From positions 100,750,001 to 100,814,000 of the forward strand of contig OZ024746.1 in NCBI GenBank assembly GCA_964016885.1: 64,000 bases of DNA, given 5' to 3'. Under the pieces are notes generated by a model. It searched no databases, was not told where the DNA came from, and worked only from the letters and a program-made list of their open reading frames with translations. Position 1 is the stretch's first letter. Each line of letters opens with the position of its first letter. The translations under genes and the position numbers were made by a program. Of this stretch, positions 45,701 through 64,000 are shown in pieces. The stretch comes from Eledone cirrhosa. Lineage: Eukaryota.

Positions 45701-48700
45701 ACACATATACTTAACATACAGTCACAGACACATATACTTAGCATACATTCACACACACATATACTTAACATACAGTCACACACACGTATACTTAACATAC
45801 AGTCACACACACGTATACTTAACATACAGTCACACACATATATACTTAACATACATTCACACACACATATACTTAACATAGAGTCACACACACATATACT
45901 TAACATACAGTCACACACACATATACTTAACATACAGTCACACACATATATACTTAACATACAGTCACACACACATATACTTAACATACAGTCACACACA
46001 CATATACTTAACATACAGTCACACACATATATACTTAACATACAGTCACACACACATATAATTAACATACATTCACACACATATATACTTAACATACAGT
46101 CACACACACATATACTTAACATACAGTCACACACACATATACTTCACATACAGTCACACACACATATACTTAACATACAGTCACACACACATATACTTAA
46201 CATACATTCACACACATATATACTTAACATACAGTCACACACACATATACTTAACATACAGTCACACACATATATACTTAACATACAGTCACACACACAT
46301 ATACTTAACATACATTCACACACACATATACTTAACATACAGTCACACACGTATACTTAACATACAGTCACACACATATATACTTAACATACAGTCACAC
46401 ACACGTATACTTAACATACAGTCACACACATATATACTTAACATACAGTCACACACACATATACTTAACATACAGTCACACATATATATACTTAACATAC
46501 AGTCACACACACATATACTTAACATACATTCACACACATATATACTTAACATACATTCACACACACATATACTTAACATACAGTCACACACACATATACT
46601 TAACATACAGTCACACACACATATACTTAACATACATTCACACACACATATACTTAACATACAGTCACACACATATACTTAACATGCAGTCACACATATC
46701 TATACTTAACATACAGTCACACACATATAAACTTAACATACAGTCACACACATATATACTTAACATACAGTCACACACCCATATACTTAACATACAGTCA
46801 CACACACATATACTTAACATACATTCACACACATATATACTTAACATACATTCACACACACATATACTTAACATACAGTCACACACACATATACTTAACA
46901 TACATTCACACACACATATACTTAACATACAGTCACACACACATATACTTCACATACAGTCACACACACATATACTTAACATACAGTCACACACACATAT
47001 ACTTAACATACAGTCACACACACATATACTTAACATACAGTCACACACACATATACTTAACATACAGTCACACACACATATACTTAACATACATTCACAC
47101 ACACATATACTTAACATACAGTCACACACATATATACTTAACATACAGTCACACACACATATACTTAACATACAGTCACACACACATATACTTAACATAC
47201 AGTCACACACACATATACTTAACATACACTCACACACACATATACTTAACATACAGTCACACACACATATACTTAACATACAGTCACACACATATATACT
47301 TAACATACATTCACACACATATATACTTAACATACATTCACACACACATATACTTAACATACAGTCACACACACATATACTTAACATACATTCACACACA
47401 CATATACTTAACATACAGTCACAGACACCTATACTTAACATACAGTCACACACACATATACTTAACATACAGTCACACACACATATACTTAACATACACT
47501 CACACACACATATACTTAACATACAGTCACACACATATATACTTAACATACAGTCACACACATATATACTTAACATACATTCACACACATATATACTTAA
47601 CATACATTCACACACACATATACTTAACATACAGTCACACACATATATACTTAACATACAGTCACACACATATATACTTAACATACAGTCACACACACAT
47701 ATACTTAACATACAGTCACACACACATATACTTAACATACAGTCACACACGCATATACTTAACATACAGTCACACACACATATACTTAACATACATTCAC
47801 ACATATACTTAACATAGAGTCCCACACACATATACTTAACATACAGTCACACACGCATATACTTAACATACAGTCACACACGCATATACTTAACATACAG
47901 TCGCACACACATATACTTAACATACATTCACACACATATATACTTAACATACATTCACACACACATATACTTAACATACAGTCACACACACATATACTTA
48001 ACATACAGTCACACACACATATACTTAACATACATTCACACACACATATACTTAACATACAGTCACAGACACATATACTTAACATACATTCACACACACA
48101 TATACTTAACATACAGTCACACACACGTATACTTAACATACAGTCACACACACGTATACTTAACATACAGTCACACATATATATACTTAACATACATTCA
48201 CACACACATATACTTAACATACAGTCACACACACATATACTTAACATACAGTCACACACACATATACTTAACATACAGTCACACACATATATACTTAACA
48301 TACAATCACACACACATATACTTAACATACAGTCACACACACATATACTTAACATACAGTCACACACATATATACTTAACATACAGTCACACACACATAT
48401 AATTAACATACATTCACACACATATATACTTAACATACAGTCACACACACATATACTTAACATACAGTCACACACACATATACTTCACATACAGTCACAC
48501 ACACATATACTTAACATACAGTCACACACACATATACTTAACATACATTCACACACATATATACTTAACATACAGTCACACACACATATACTTAACATAG
48601 AGTCACACACATATATACTTAACATACAGTCACACACACATATACTTAACATACATTCACACACGCATATACTTAACATACAGTCACACACGTATACTTA

Positions 48701-51700
48701 ACATACAGTCACACACGTATATACTTAACATACAGTCACACACACGTATACTTAACATACAGTCACACACATATATACTTAACATACAGTCACACACACA
48801 TATACTTAACATACAGTCACACACATATATACTTAACATACAGTCACACACACATATACTTAACATACAATCACACACACATATACTTAACATACAGTCA
48901 CACACATATATACTTAACATACAGTCACACACATATATACTTAACATACAGTCACACACACAAACACTTAACATACAGTCACACACATATACTTAACATA
49001 CAGTCACACACATATATACTTAACATACAGTCACACACATATACTTAACATACAGTCACACACATATATACTTAACATACAGTCCCACACATATACTTAA
49101 CATACAGTCACACACACATATACTTAACATACAGTCACACACACATATACTTAACATACAGTCACACACACATATACTTAACAAACAGTCACACACATAT
49201 ATACTTAACATACAGTCACACACATATATACTTAACATACAGTCACACACATATACTTAACATACAGTCACACACACATATACTTAACATACAGTCACAC
49301 ACACATATACTTAACATACAGTCACACACACATATACTTAACATACAGTCACACACATATATACTTAACATACAGTCACACACATATACTTAACATACAG
49401 TCACACACACATATACTTAACATACAGTCACACATATACTTAACATACATTCACACACACATATACTTAACATACAGTCACACACACATATACTTAACAT
49501 ATAATCACACACACACATATACTTAACATACAGTCACACACACATATACTTAACATACAGTCACACACACATATACTTAACATACAGTCACAGACACCTA
49601 TACTTAACAAACAGTCTCACACACATATACTTAACATACATTCACACACACATATACTTAACATACAGTCACAGACACCTATACTTAACATACAGTCACA
49701 GACACCTATACTTAACATACAGTCACACACATATATACTTAACATACAGTCACACACACATATACTTAACATACAGTCACACACACGTATACTTAACATA
49801 CAGTCACACACATGTATACTTAACATACAGTCACACACATATATACTTAACATACAGTCACACACACATATACTTAACATACAGTCACACACACATATAC
49901 TTTACATACAGTCACACACACATATACTTAACATACAGTCACACACGCATATACTTAACATACAGTCACACACACATATACTTAACATACATTCACACAT
50001 ATACTTAACATACAGTCACACACACATATACTTAACATACAGTCCCACACACATATACTTAACATACAGTCACACACGCATATATTTAACATACAGTCAC
50101 ACACACATATACTTAACATACATTCACACACATATATACTTAACATACATTCACACACACATATACTTAACATACAGTCACACACACATATACTTAACAT
50201 ACAGTCACACACACATATACTTAACATACATTCACACACACATATACTTAACATACAGTCACAGACACATATACTTAACATACATTCACACACACATATA
50301 CTTAACATACAGTCACACACACGTATACTTAACATACAGTCACACACACGTATACTTAACATACAGTCACACACATATATACTTAACATACATTCACACA
50401 CACATATACTTAACATAGAGTCACACACACATATACTTAACATACAGTCACACACACATATACTTAACATACAGTCACACACATATATACTTAACATACA
50501 GTCACACACACATATACTTAACATACAGTCACACACACATATACTTAACATACAGTCACACACATATATACTTAACATACAGTCACACACACATATAATT
50601 AACATACATTCACACACATATATACTTAACATACAGTCACACACACATATACTTAACATACAGTCACACACACATATACTTCACATACAGTCACACACAC
50701 ATATACTTAACATACAGTCACACACACATATACTTAACATACATTCACACACATATATACTTAACATACAGTCACACACACATATACTTAACATACAGTC
50801 ACACACATATATACTTAACATACAGTCACACACACATATACTTAACATACATTCACACACACATATACTTAACATACAGTCACACACGTATACTTAACAT
50901 ACAGTCACACACATATATACTTAACATACAGTCACACACACGTATACTTAACATACAGTCACACACATATATACTTAACATACAGTCACACACACATATA
51001 CTTAACATACAGTCACACATATATATACTTAACATACAGTCACACACACATATACTTAACATACATTCACACACATATATACTTAACATACATTCACACA
51101 CACATATACTTAACATACAGTCACACACACATATACTTAACATACAGTCACACACACATATACTTAACATACATTCACACACACATATACTTAACATACA
51201 GTCACACACATATACTTAACATGCAGTCACACATATCTATACTTAACATACAGTCACACACATATAAACTTAACATACAGTCACACACATATATACTTAA
51301 CATACAGTCACACACCCATATACTTAACATACAGTCACACACACATATACTTAACATACATTCACACACATATATACTTAACATACATTCACACACACAT
51401 ATACTTAACATACAGTCACACACACATATACTTAACATACATTCACACACACATATACTTAACATACAGTCACACACACATATACTTCACATACAGTCAC
51501 ACACACATATACTTAACATACAGTCACACACACATATACTTAACATACAGTCACACACACATATACTTAACATACAGTCACACACACATATACTTAACAT
51601 ACAGTCACACACACATATACTTAACATACATTCACACACACATATACTTAACATACAGTCACACACATATATACTTAACATACAGTCACACACACATATA

Positions 51701-54700
51701 CTTAACATACAGTCACACACACATATACTTAACATACAGTCACACACACATATACTTAACATACACTCACACACACATATACTTAACATACAGTCACACA
51801 CACATATACTTAACATACAGTCACACACATATATACTTAACATACATTCACACACATATATACTTAACATACATTCACACACACATATACTTAACATACA
51901 GTCACACACACATATACTTAACATACATTCACACACACATATACTTAACATACAGTCACAGACACCTATACTTAACATACAGTCACACACACATATACTT
52001 AACATACAGTCACACACACATATACTTAACATACACTCACACACACATATACTTAACATACAGTCACACACATATATACTTAACATACAGTCACACACAT
52101 ATATACTTAACATACATTCACACACATATATACTTAACATACATTCACACACACATATACTTAACATACAGTCACACACATATATACTTAACATACAGTC
52201 ACACACATATATACTTAACATACAGTCACACACACATATACTTAACATACAGTCACACACACATATACTTAACATACAGTCACACACGCATATACTTAAC
52301 ATACAGTCACACACACATATACTTAACATACATTCACACATATACTTAACATAGAGTCCCACACACATATACTTAACATACAGTCACACACGCATATACT
52401 TAACATACAGTCACACACGCATATACTTAACATACAGTCACACACACATATACTTAACATACATTCACACACATATATACTTAACATACATTCACACACA
52501 CATATACTTAACATACAGTCACACACACATATACTTAACATACAGTCACACACACATATACTTAACATACATTCACACACACATATACTTAACATACAGT
52601 CACAGACACATATACTTAACATACATTCACACACACATATACTTAACATACAGTCACACACACGTATACTTAACATACAGTCACACACACGTATACTTAA
52701 CATACAGTCACACATATATATACTTAACATACATTCACACACACATATACTTAACATACAGTCACACACACATATACTTAACATACAGTCACACACACAT
52801 ATACTTAACATACAGTCACACACATATATACTTAACATACAATCACACACACATATACTTAACATACAGTCACACACACATATACTTAACATACAGTCAC
52901 ACACATATATACTTAACATACAGTCACACACACATATAATTAACATACATTCACACACATATATACTTAACATACAGTCACACACACATATACTTAACAT
53001 ACAGTCACACACACATATACTTCACATACAGTCACACACACATATACTTAACATACAGTCACACACACATATACTTAACATACATTCACACACATATATA
53101 CTTAACATACAGTCACACACACATATACTTAACATAGAGTCACACACATATATACTTAACATACAGTCACACACACATATACTTAACATACATTCACACA
53201 CGCATATACTTAACATACAGTCACACACGTATACTTAACATACAGTCACACACGTATATACTTAACATACAGTCACACACACGTATACTTAACATACAGT
53301 CACACACATATATACTTAACATACAGTCACACACACATATACTTAACATACAGTCACACACATATATACTTAACATACAGTCACACACACATATACTTAA
53401 CATACATTCACACACATATATACTTAACATACAGTCACACACACATATACCTAACATACAGTCACACACATATATTCTTAACATACAGTCACACACACAT
53501 ATACTTAACATACATTCACACACATATATACTTAACATACATTCACACACACATATACTTAACATACAGTCACACACACATATACTTAACATACAGTCAC
53601 ACACACATATACTTAACATACAGTCACACACACATATACTTAACATACAGTCACACACACATATACTTAACATACATTCACACACACATATACTTAACAT
53701 ACATTCACACACACATATACTTAACATACAGTCACACACACATATACTTCACATACAGTCACACACACATATACTTAACATACAGTCACACACACATATA
53801 CTTAACATACAGTCACACACACATATACTTAACATACAGTCACACATATACTTAACATACAGTCACACACACATATACTTAACATACAGTCACACACACA
53901 TATACTTAACATACATTCACACACACATATACTTAACATACAGTCACAGACACCTATACTTAACATACAGTCACACACATATATACTTAACATACAGTCA
54001 CACACACATATACTTAACATACAGTCACACACACATATACTTAACATACAGTCACACACACATATACTTAACATACACTCACACACACATATACTTAACA
54101 TACAGTCACACACACATATACTTAACATACAGTCACACACATATATACTTAACATACATTCACACACATATTTACTTAACATACATTCACACACACATAT
54201 ACTTAACATGCAGTCACACACACATATACTTAACATACATTCACACACACATATACTTAACATACAGTCACACACGTATACTTAACATACAGTCACACAC
54301 GTATATACTTAACATACAGTCACACACACATATACTTAACATACAGTCACACACATATATACTTAACATACAGTCACACACACATATACTTAACATACAG
54401 TCACACACATATATACTTAACATACAATCACACACACATATTCTTAACATACAGTCACACACACATATACTTAACATACAGTCACACACATATATACTTA
54501 ACATACAGTCACACACACATATAATTAACATACATTCACACACATATATACTTAACATACAGTCACACACACATATACTTAACATACAGTCACACACACA
54601 TATACTTCACATACAGTCACACACACATATACTTAACATACAGTCACACACACATATACTTAACATACATTCACACACATATATACTTAACATACAGTCA

Positions 54701-57700
54701 CACACACATATACTTAACATAGAGTCACACACATATATACTTAACATACAGTCACACACACATATACTTAACATACATTCACACACACATATACTTAACA
54801 TACAGTCACACACGTATACTTAACATACAGTCACACACGTATATACTTAACATACAGTCACACACACGTATACTTAACATACAGTCACACACATATATAC
54901 TTAACATACAGTCACACACACATATACTTAACATACAGTCACACACATATATACTTAACATACAGTCACACACACATATACTTAACATACATTCACACAC
55001 ATATATACTTAACATACAGTCACACACACATATACCTAACATACAGTCACACACATATATTCTTAACATACAGTCACACACACATATACTTAACATACAT
55101 TCACACACATATATACTTAACATACATTCACACACACATATACTTAACATACAGTCACACACACATATACTTAACATACATTCACACACACATATACTTA
55201 ACATACATTCACACACACATATACTTAACATACAGTCACACACACATATACTTCACATACAGTCACACACACATATACTTAACATACAGTCACACACACA
55301 TATACTTAACATACAGTCACACACACATATACTTAACATACAGTAACACATATACTTAACATACAGTCACACACACATATACTTAACATACAGTCACACA
55401 CACATATACTTAACATACATTCACACATACATATACTTAACATACAGTCACAGACACCTATACTTAACATACAGTCACACACATATATACTTAACATACA
55501 GTCACACACACATATACTTAACATACAGTCACACACACATATACTTAACATAGAGTCACACACACATATACTTAACATACACTCACACACACATATACTT
55601 AACATACAGTCACACACACATATACTTAACATACAGTCACACACATATATACTTAACATACATTCACACACATATTTACTTAACATACATTCACACACAC
55701 ATATACTTAACATGCAGTCACACACACATATACTTAACATACATTCACACACACATATACTTAACATACAGTCACACACGTATACTTAACATACAGTCAC
55801 ACACGTATATACTTAACATACAGTCACACACACGTATACTTAACATACAGTCACACACATATATACTTAACATACAGTCACACACACATATACTTAACAT
55901 ACAGTCACACACATATATACTTAACATACAGTCACACACACATATACTTAACATACAGTCACACACATATATTCTTAACATACAGTCACACACACATATA
56001 CTTAACATACATTCACACACATATATACTTAACATACATTCACACACACATATACTTAACATACATTCACACACATATATACTTAACATACAGTCACACA
56101 CACATATACTTAACATACAGTCACACACATATATTCTTAACATACAGTCACACACACATATACTTAACATACATTCACACACATATATACTTAACATACA
56201 TTCACACACACATATACTTAACATACAGTCACACACACATATACTTAACATACAGTCACACACACATATACTTAACATACATTCACACACACATATACTT
56301 AACATACAGTCACACACACATATACTTAACATGCAGTCACACATATCTATACTTAACATACAGTCACACACATATATACTTAACATGCAGTCACACATAT
56401 CTATACTTAACATACAGTCACACACATATATACTTAACATACAGTCACACACATATATACTTAACATGCAGTCACACATATCTATACTTAACATACAGTC
56501 ACACACATATATACTTAACATACAGTCACACACACATATACTTAACATACATTCACACACATATATACTTAACATACAGTCACACACCCATATACTTAAC
56601 ATACATTCACACACATATATACTTAACATACATTCACACACACATATACTTAACATACATTCACACACACATATACTTAACATACAGTCACACACACATA
56701 CACTTAACATACAGTCACACACACATATACTTAACATACAGTCACACACACATATACTTAACATACAGTCACACACACATATACTTAACATACTTTCACA
56801 CACACATATACTTAACATACAGTCCCAGACACCTATACTTAACATACATTCACACACACATATACTTAACATACATTCACACACACATATACTTAACATA
56901 CAGTCACACACACATACACTTAACATACAGTCACACACACATACACTTAACATACAGTCACACACACATATACTTAACATACAGTCACACACACATATAC
57001 TTAACATACAGTCACACACACATATACTTAACATACAGTCACACACACATATACTTAACATACAGTCACACACATATATACTTAACATACATTCACACAC
57101 ATATTTACTTAACATACATTCACACACACATATACTTAACATACAGTCACACATATACTTAACATACATTCACACACACATATACTTAACATACAGTCAC
57201 ACACATATATACTTCACATACATTCACACACACATATACTTAACATACAGTCACACACACATATACTTAACATACAGTCACACACACATATACTTAACAT
57301 ACATTCACACACACATATACTTAACATACAGTCACAGACACATATACTTAACATACATTCACACACACATATACTTAACATGCAGTCACACACACGTATA
57401 CTTAACATACAGTCACACACACGTATACTTAACATACAGTCACACACATATATACTTAACATACATTCACACACACATATACTTAACATAGAGTCACACA
57501 CACATATACTTAACATACAGTCACACACACATATACTTAACATACAGTCACACACATATATACTTAACATACAGTCACACACACATATACTTAACATACA
57601 GTCACACACACATATACTTAACATACAGTCACACACATATATACTTAACATACAGTCACACACACATATAATTAACATACATTCACACACATATATACTT

Positions 57701-60700
57701 AACATACAGTCACACACACATATACTTAACATACAGTCACACACACATATACTTAACATACATTCACACACATATATACTTAACATACATTCACACACAC
57801 ATATACTTAACATACAGTCACACACATATATACTTAACATACAGTCACACACACATATACTTAACATACATTCACACACGCATATACTTAACATACAGTC
57901 ACACACGTATACTTAACATACAGTCACACACGTATATACTTAACATACAGTCACACACACGTATACTTAACATACAGTCACACACATATATACTTAACAT
58001 ACAGTCACACACACATATACTTAACATACAGTCACACACATATATACTTAACATACAGTCACACACACATATACTTAACATACATTCACACACATATATA
58101 CTTAACATACAGTCACACACACATATACCTAACATACAGTCACACACATATATTCTTAACATACAGTCACACACACATATACTTAACATACATTCACACA
58201 CATATATACTTAACATACATTCACACACACATATACTTAACATACAGTCACACACACATATACTTAACATACAGTCACACACACATATACTTAACATACA
58301 GTCACACACACATATACTTAACATACAGTCACACACACATATACTTAACATACATTCACACACACATATACTTAACATACATTCACACACACATATACTT
58401 AACATACAGTCACACACACATATACTTCACATACAGTCACACACACATATACTTAACATACAGTCACACACACATATACTTAACATACAGTCACACACAC
58501 ATATACTTAACATACAGTCACACATATACTTAACATACAGTCACACACACATATACTTAACATACAGTCACACACACATATACTTAACATACATTCACAC
58601 ACACATATACTTAACATACAGTCACAGACACCTATACTTAACATACAGTCACACACATATATACTTAACATACAGTCACACACACATATACTTAACATAC
58701 AGTCACACACACATATACTTAACATACAGTCACACACACATATACTTAACATACACTCACACACACATATACTTAACATACAGTCACACACACATATACT
58801 TAACATACAGTCACACACATATATACTTAACATACATTCACACACATATTTACTTAACATACATTCACACACACATATACTTAACATGCAGTCACACACA
58901 CATATACTTAACATACATTCACACACACATATACTTAACATACAGTCACACACGTATACTTAACATACAGTCACACACGTATATACTTAACATACAGTCA
59001 CACACACATATACTTAACATACAGTCACACACATATATACTTAACATACAGTCACACACACATATACTTAACATACAGTCACACACATATATACTTAACA
59101 TACAATCACACACACATATTCTTAACATACAGTCACACACACATATACTTAACATACAGTCACACACATATATACTTAACATACAGTCACACACACATAT
59201 AATTAACATACATTCACACACATATATACTTAACATACAGTCACACACACATATACTTAACATACAGTCACACACACATATACTTCACATACAGTCACAC
59301 ACACATATACTTAACATACAGTCACACACACATATACTTAACATACATTCACACACATATATACTTAACATACAGTCACACACACATATACTTAACATAG
59401 AGTCACACACATATATACTTAACATACAGTCACACACACATATACTTAACATACATTCACACACACATATACTTAACATACAGTCACACACGTATACTTA
59501 ACATACAGTCACACACGTATATACTTAACATACAGTCACACACACGTATACTTAACATACAGTCACACACATATATACTTAACATACAGTCACACACACA
59601 TATACTTAACATACAGTCACACACATATATACTTAACATACAGTCACACACACATATACTTAACATACATTCACACACATATATACTTAACATACAGTCA
59701 CACACACATATACCTAACATACAGTCACACACATATATTCTTAACATACAGTCACACACACATATACTTAACATACATTCACACACATATATACTTAACA
59801 TACATTCACACACACATATACTTAACATACAGTCACACACACATATACTTAACATACATTCACACACACATATACTTAACATACATTCACACACACATAT
59901 ACTTAACATACAGTCACACACACATATACTTCACATACAGTCACACACACATATACTTAACATACAGTCACACACACATATACTTAACATACAGTCACAC
60001 ACACATATACTTAACATACAGTAACACATATACTTAACATACAGTCACACACACATATACTTAACATACAGTCACACACACATATACTTAACATACATTC
60101 ACACATACATATACTTAACATACAGTCACAGACACCTATACTTAACATACAGTCACACACATATATACTTAACATACAGTCACACACACATATACTTAAC
60201 ATACAGTCACACACACATATACTTAACATAGAGTCACACACACATATACTTAACATACACTCACACACACATATACTTAACATACAGTCACACACACATA
60301 TACTTAACATACAGTCACACACATATATACTTAACATACATTCACACACATATTTACTTAACATACATTCACACACACATATACTTAACATGCAGTCACA
60401 CACACATATACTTAACATACATTCACACACACATATACTTAACATACAGTCACACACGTATACTTAACATACAGTCACACACGTATATACTTAACATACA
60501 GTCACACACACGTATACTTAACATACAGTCACACACATATATACTTAACATACAGTCACACACACATATACTTAACATACAGTCACACACATATATACTT
60601 AACATACAGTCACACACACATATACTTAACATACAGTCACACACATATATTCTTAACATACAGTCACACACACATATACTTAACATACATTCACACACAT

Positions 60701-63700
60701 ATATACTTAACATACATTCACACACACATATACTTAACATACATTCACACACATATATACTTAACATACAGTCACACACACATATACTTAACATACAGTC
60801 ACACACATATATTCTTAACATACAGTCACACACACATATACTTAACATACATTCACACACATATATACTTAACATACATTCACACACACATATACTTAAC
60901 ATACAGTCACACACACATATACTTAACATACAGTCACACACACATATACTTAACATACATTCACACACACATATACTTAACATACAGTCACACACACATA
61001 TACTTAACATGCAGTCACACATATCTATACTTAACATACAGTCACACACATATATACTTAACATACAGTCACACACATATATACTTAACATGCAGTCACA
61101 CATATCTATACTTAACATACAGTCACACACATATATACTTAACATACAGTCACACACATATATACTTAACATGCAGTCACACATATCTATACTTAACATA
61201 CAGTCACACACATATATACTTAACATACAGTCACACACACATATACTTAACATACATTCACACACATATATACTTAACATACAGTCACACACCCATATAC
61301 TTAACATACATTCACACACATATATACTTAACATACATTCACACACACATATACTTAACATACATTCACACACACATATACTTAACATACAGTCACACAC
61401 ACATACACTTAACATACAGTCACACACACATATACTTAACATACAGTCACACACACATATACTTAACATACAGTCACACACACATATACTTAACATACTT
61501 TCACACACACATATACTTAACATACAGTCCCAGACACCTATACTTAACATACATTCACACACACATATACTTAACATACATTCACACACACATATACTTA
61601 ACATACAGTCACACACACATACACTTAACATACAGTCACACACACATACACTTAACATACAGTCACACACACATATACTTAACATACAGTCACACACACA
61701 TATACTTAACATACAGTCACACACACATATACTTAACATACAGTCACACACACATATACTTAACATACAGTCACACACATATATACTTAACATACATTCA
61801 CACACATATTTACTTAACATACATTCACACACACATATACTTAACATACAGTCACACATATACTTAACATACATTCACACACACATATACTTAACATACA
61901 GTCACACACATATATACTTCACATACATTCACACACACATATACTTAACATACAGTCACACACACATATACTTAACATACAGTCACACACACATATACTT
62001 AACATACATTCACACACACATATACTTAACATACAGTCACAGACACATATACTTAACATACATTCACACACACATATACTTAACATGCAGTCACACACAC
62101 GTATACTTAACATACAGTCACACACACGTATACTTAACATACAGTCACACACATATATACTTAACATACATTCACACACACATATACTTAACATAGAGTC
62201 ACACACACATATACTTAACATACAGTCACACACACATATACTTAACATACAGTCACACACATATATACTTAACATACAGTCACACACACATATACTTAAC
62301 ATACAGTCACACACACATATACTTAACATACAGTCACACACATATATACTTAACATACAGTCAGACACACATATAATTAACATACATTCACACACATATA
62401 TACTTAACATACAGTCACACACACATATACTTAACATACAGTCACACACACATATACTTAACATACATTCACACACATATATACTTAACATACATTCACA
62501 CACACATATACTTAACATACAGTCACACACACATATACTTAACATACAGTCACACACACATATACTTAACATACATTCACACACACATATACTTAACATA
62601 CAGTCACAGACACATATACTTAACATACATTCACACACACATATACTTAACATACAGTCACACACACGTATACTTAACATACAGTCACACACACGTATAC
62701 TTAACATACAGTCACACACGTATACTTAACATACAGTCACACACATATATATTTAACATACAGTCACACACACGTATACTTAACATACAGTCACACACAT
62801 ATATACTTAACATACAGTCACACACACATATACTTAACATACAATCACACACATATATACTTAACATACAGTCACACACACATATACTTAACATACATTC
62901 ACACACATATATACTTAACATACAGTCACACACACATATACTTAACATACAGTCACACACATATATACTTAACATACAGTCACACACACATATACTTAAC
63001 ATACATTCACACACATATATACTTAATATACATTCACACACACATATACTTAACATACAGTCACACACACATATACTTCACATACAGTCACACACACATA
63101 TACTTAACATACAGTCACACACACATATACTTAACATACATTCACACACATATATACTTAACATACATTCACACACACATATACTTAACATACAGTCACA
63201 CACACATATACTTAACATACATTCACACACACATATACTTAACATACAGTCACACACACATATACTTCACATACAGTCACACACACATATACTTAACATA
63301 CAGTCACACACACATATACTTAACATACAGTCACACACACATATACTTAACATACAGTCACACACACATATACTTAACATACAGTCACACACACATATAC
63401 TTAACATACATTCACACACACATATACTTAACATACATTCACACACACATATACTTAACATACAGTCACACACATATATACTTAACATACAGTCACACAC
63501 ACATATACTTAACATACAGTCACACACACATATACTTAACATACAGTCACACACACATATACTTAACATACAGTCACACACACATATACTTAACATACAC
63601 TCACACACACATATACTTAACATACAGTCACACACACATATACTTAACATACAGTCACACACATATATACTTAACATACATTCACACACATATATACTTA

Positions 63701-64000
63701 ACATACATTCACACACACATATACTTAACATACAGTCACACACACATATACTTAACATACAGTCACACACACATATACTTAACATACATTCACAGACACC
63801 TATACTTAACATACAGTCACAGACACCTATACTTAACATACAGTCACACACACATATACTTAACATACAGTCACACACACATATACTTAACATACAGTCA
63901 CACACATATATACTTAACATACAGTCACACACACATATAATTAACATACATTCACACACATATATACTTAACATACAGTCACACACACATATACTTAACA
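42790..64000. repeat. Intronic 27-bp satellite (>21 kb, runs off the window) with higher-order structure
   Basis: Monomer TACTTAACATACAGTCACACACACATA with CA/TA slippage variants; blocks of rare variants recur at kb offsets. Confidence 0.99.

Noticed and set aside
43484-63986. Long Cys-rich (CVCDCMLSI)n and His-rich (HTHILNIQS)n ORFs resembling metallothionein or keratin-associated proteins
   Set aside because: They are by-products of a 27-bp monomer. Frequent 2-bp slips break the frame, and there are no splice signals or codon-level constraint.

Overview
Repeat-rich animal genomic DNA. The SINE/RTE repertoire resembles octopus/cephalopod genomes, which is an inference. The backbone is an internal part of one + strand intron-rich gene. 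Thirteen exons (796-42640) splice in consistent phase into a mucin-like, MUC4/VWD-EGF-type extracellular protein: VWD tail, Cys-rich linker, Ig/cadherin-like segment, EGF and Ca-binding EGF modules, an SEA-like domain carrying a furin-type RTKR/S site, then more EGFs. One intron uses a GC donor. The introns hold a near-intact RTE LINE with an internal PHD-type finger, nested and head-to-head RTE copies, and Penelope-like elements, one with a minimal hammerhead ribozyme. They also hold CRE-like and R4/Dong-like RLE retrotransposon relics, tRNA-derived SINEs, MITEs and a ~180-bp-arm foldback. Many tandem arrays are present; two are amplified pieces of one R4-like element and a third lies at its junction with a second R4 fragment. 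The last ~21 kb is a 27-bp satellite with kb-scale higher-order repeats. Element boundaries were read by eye and are approximate unless a TSD is given.
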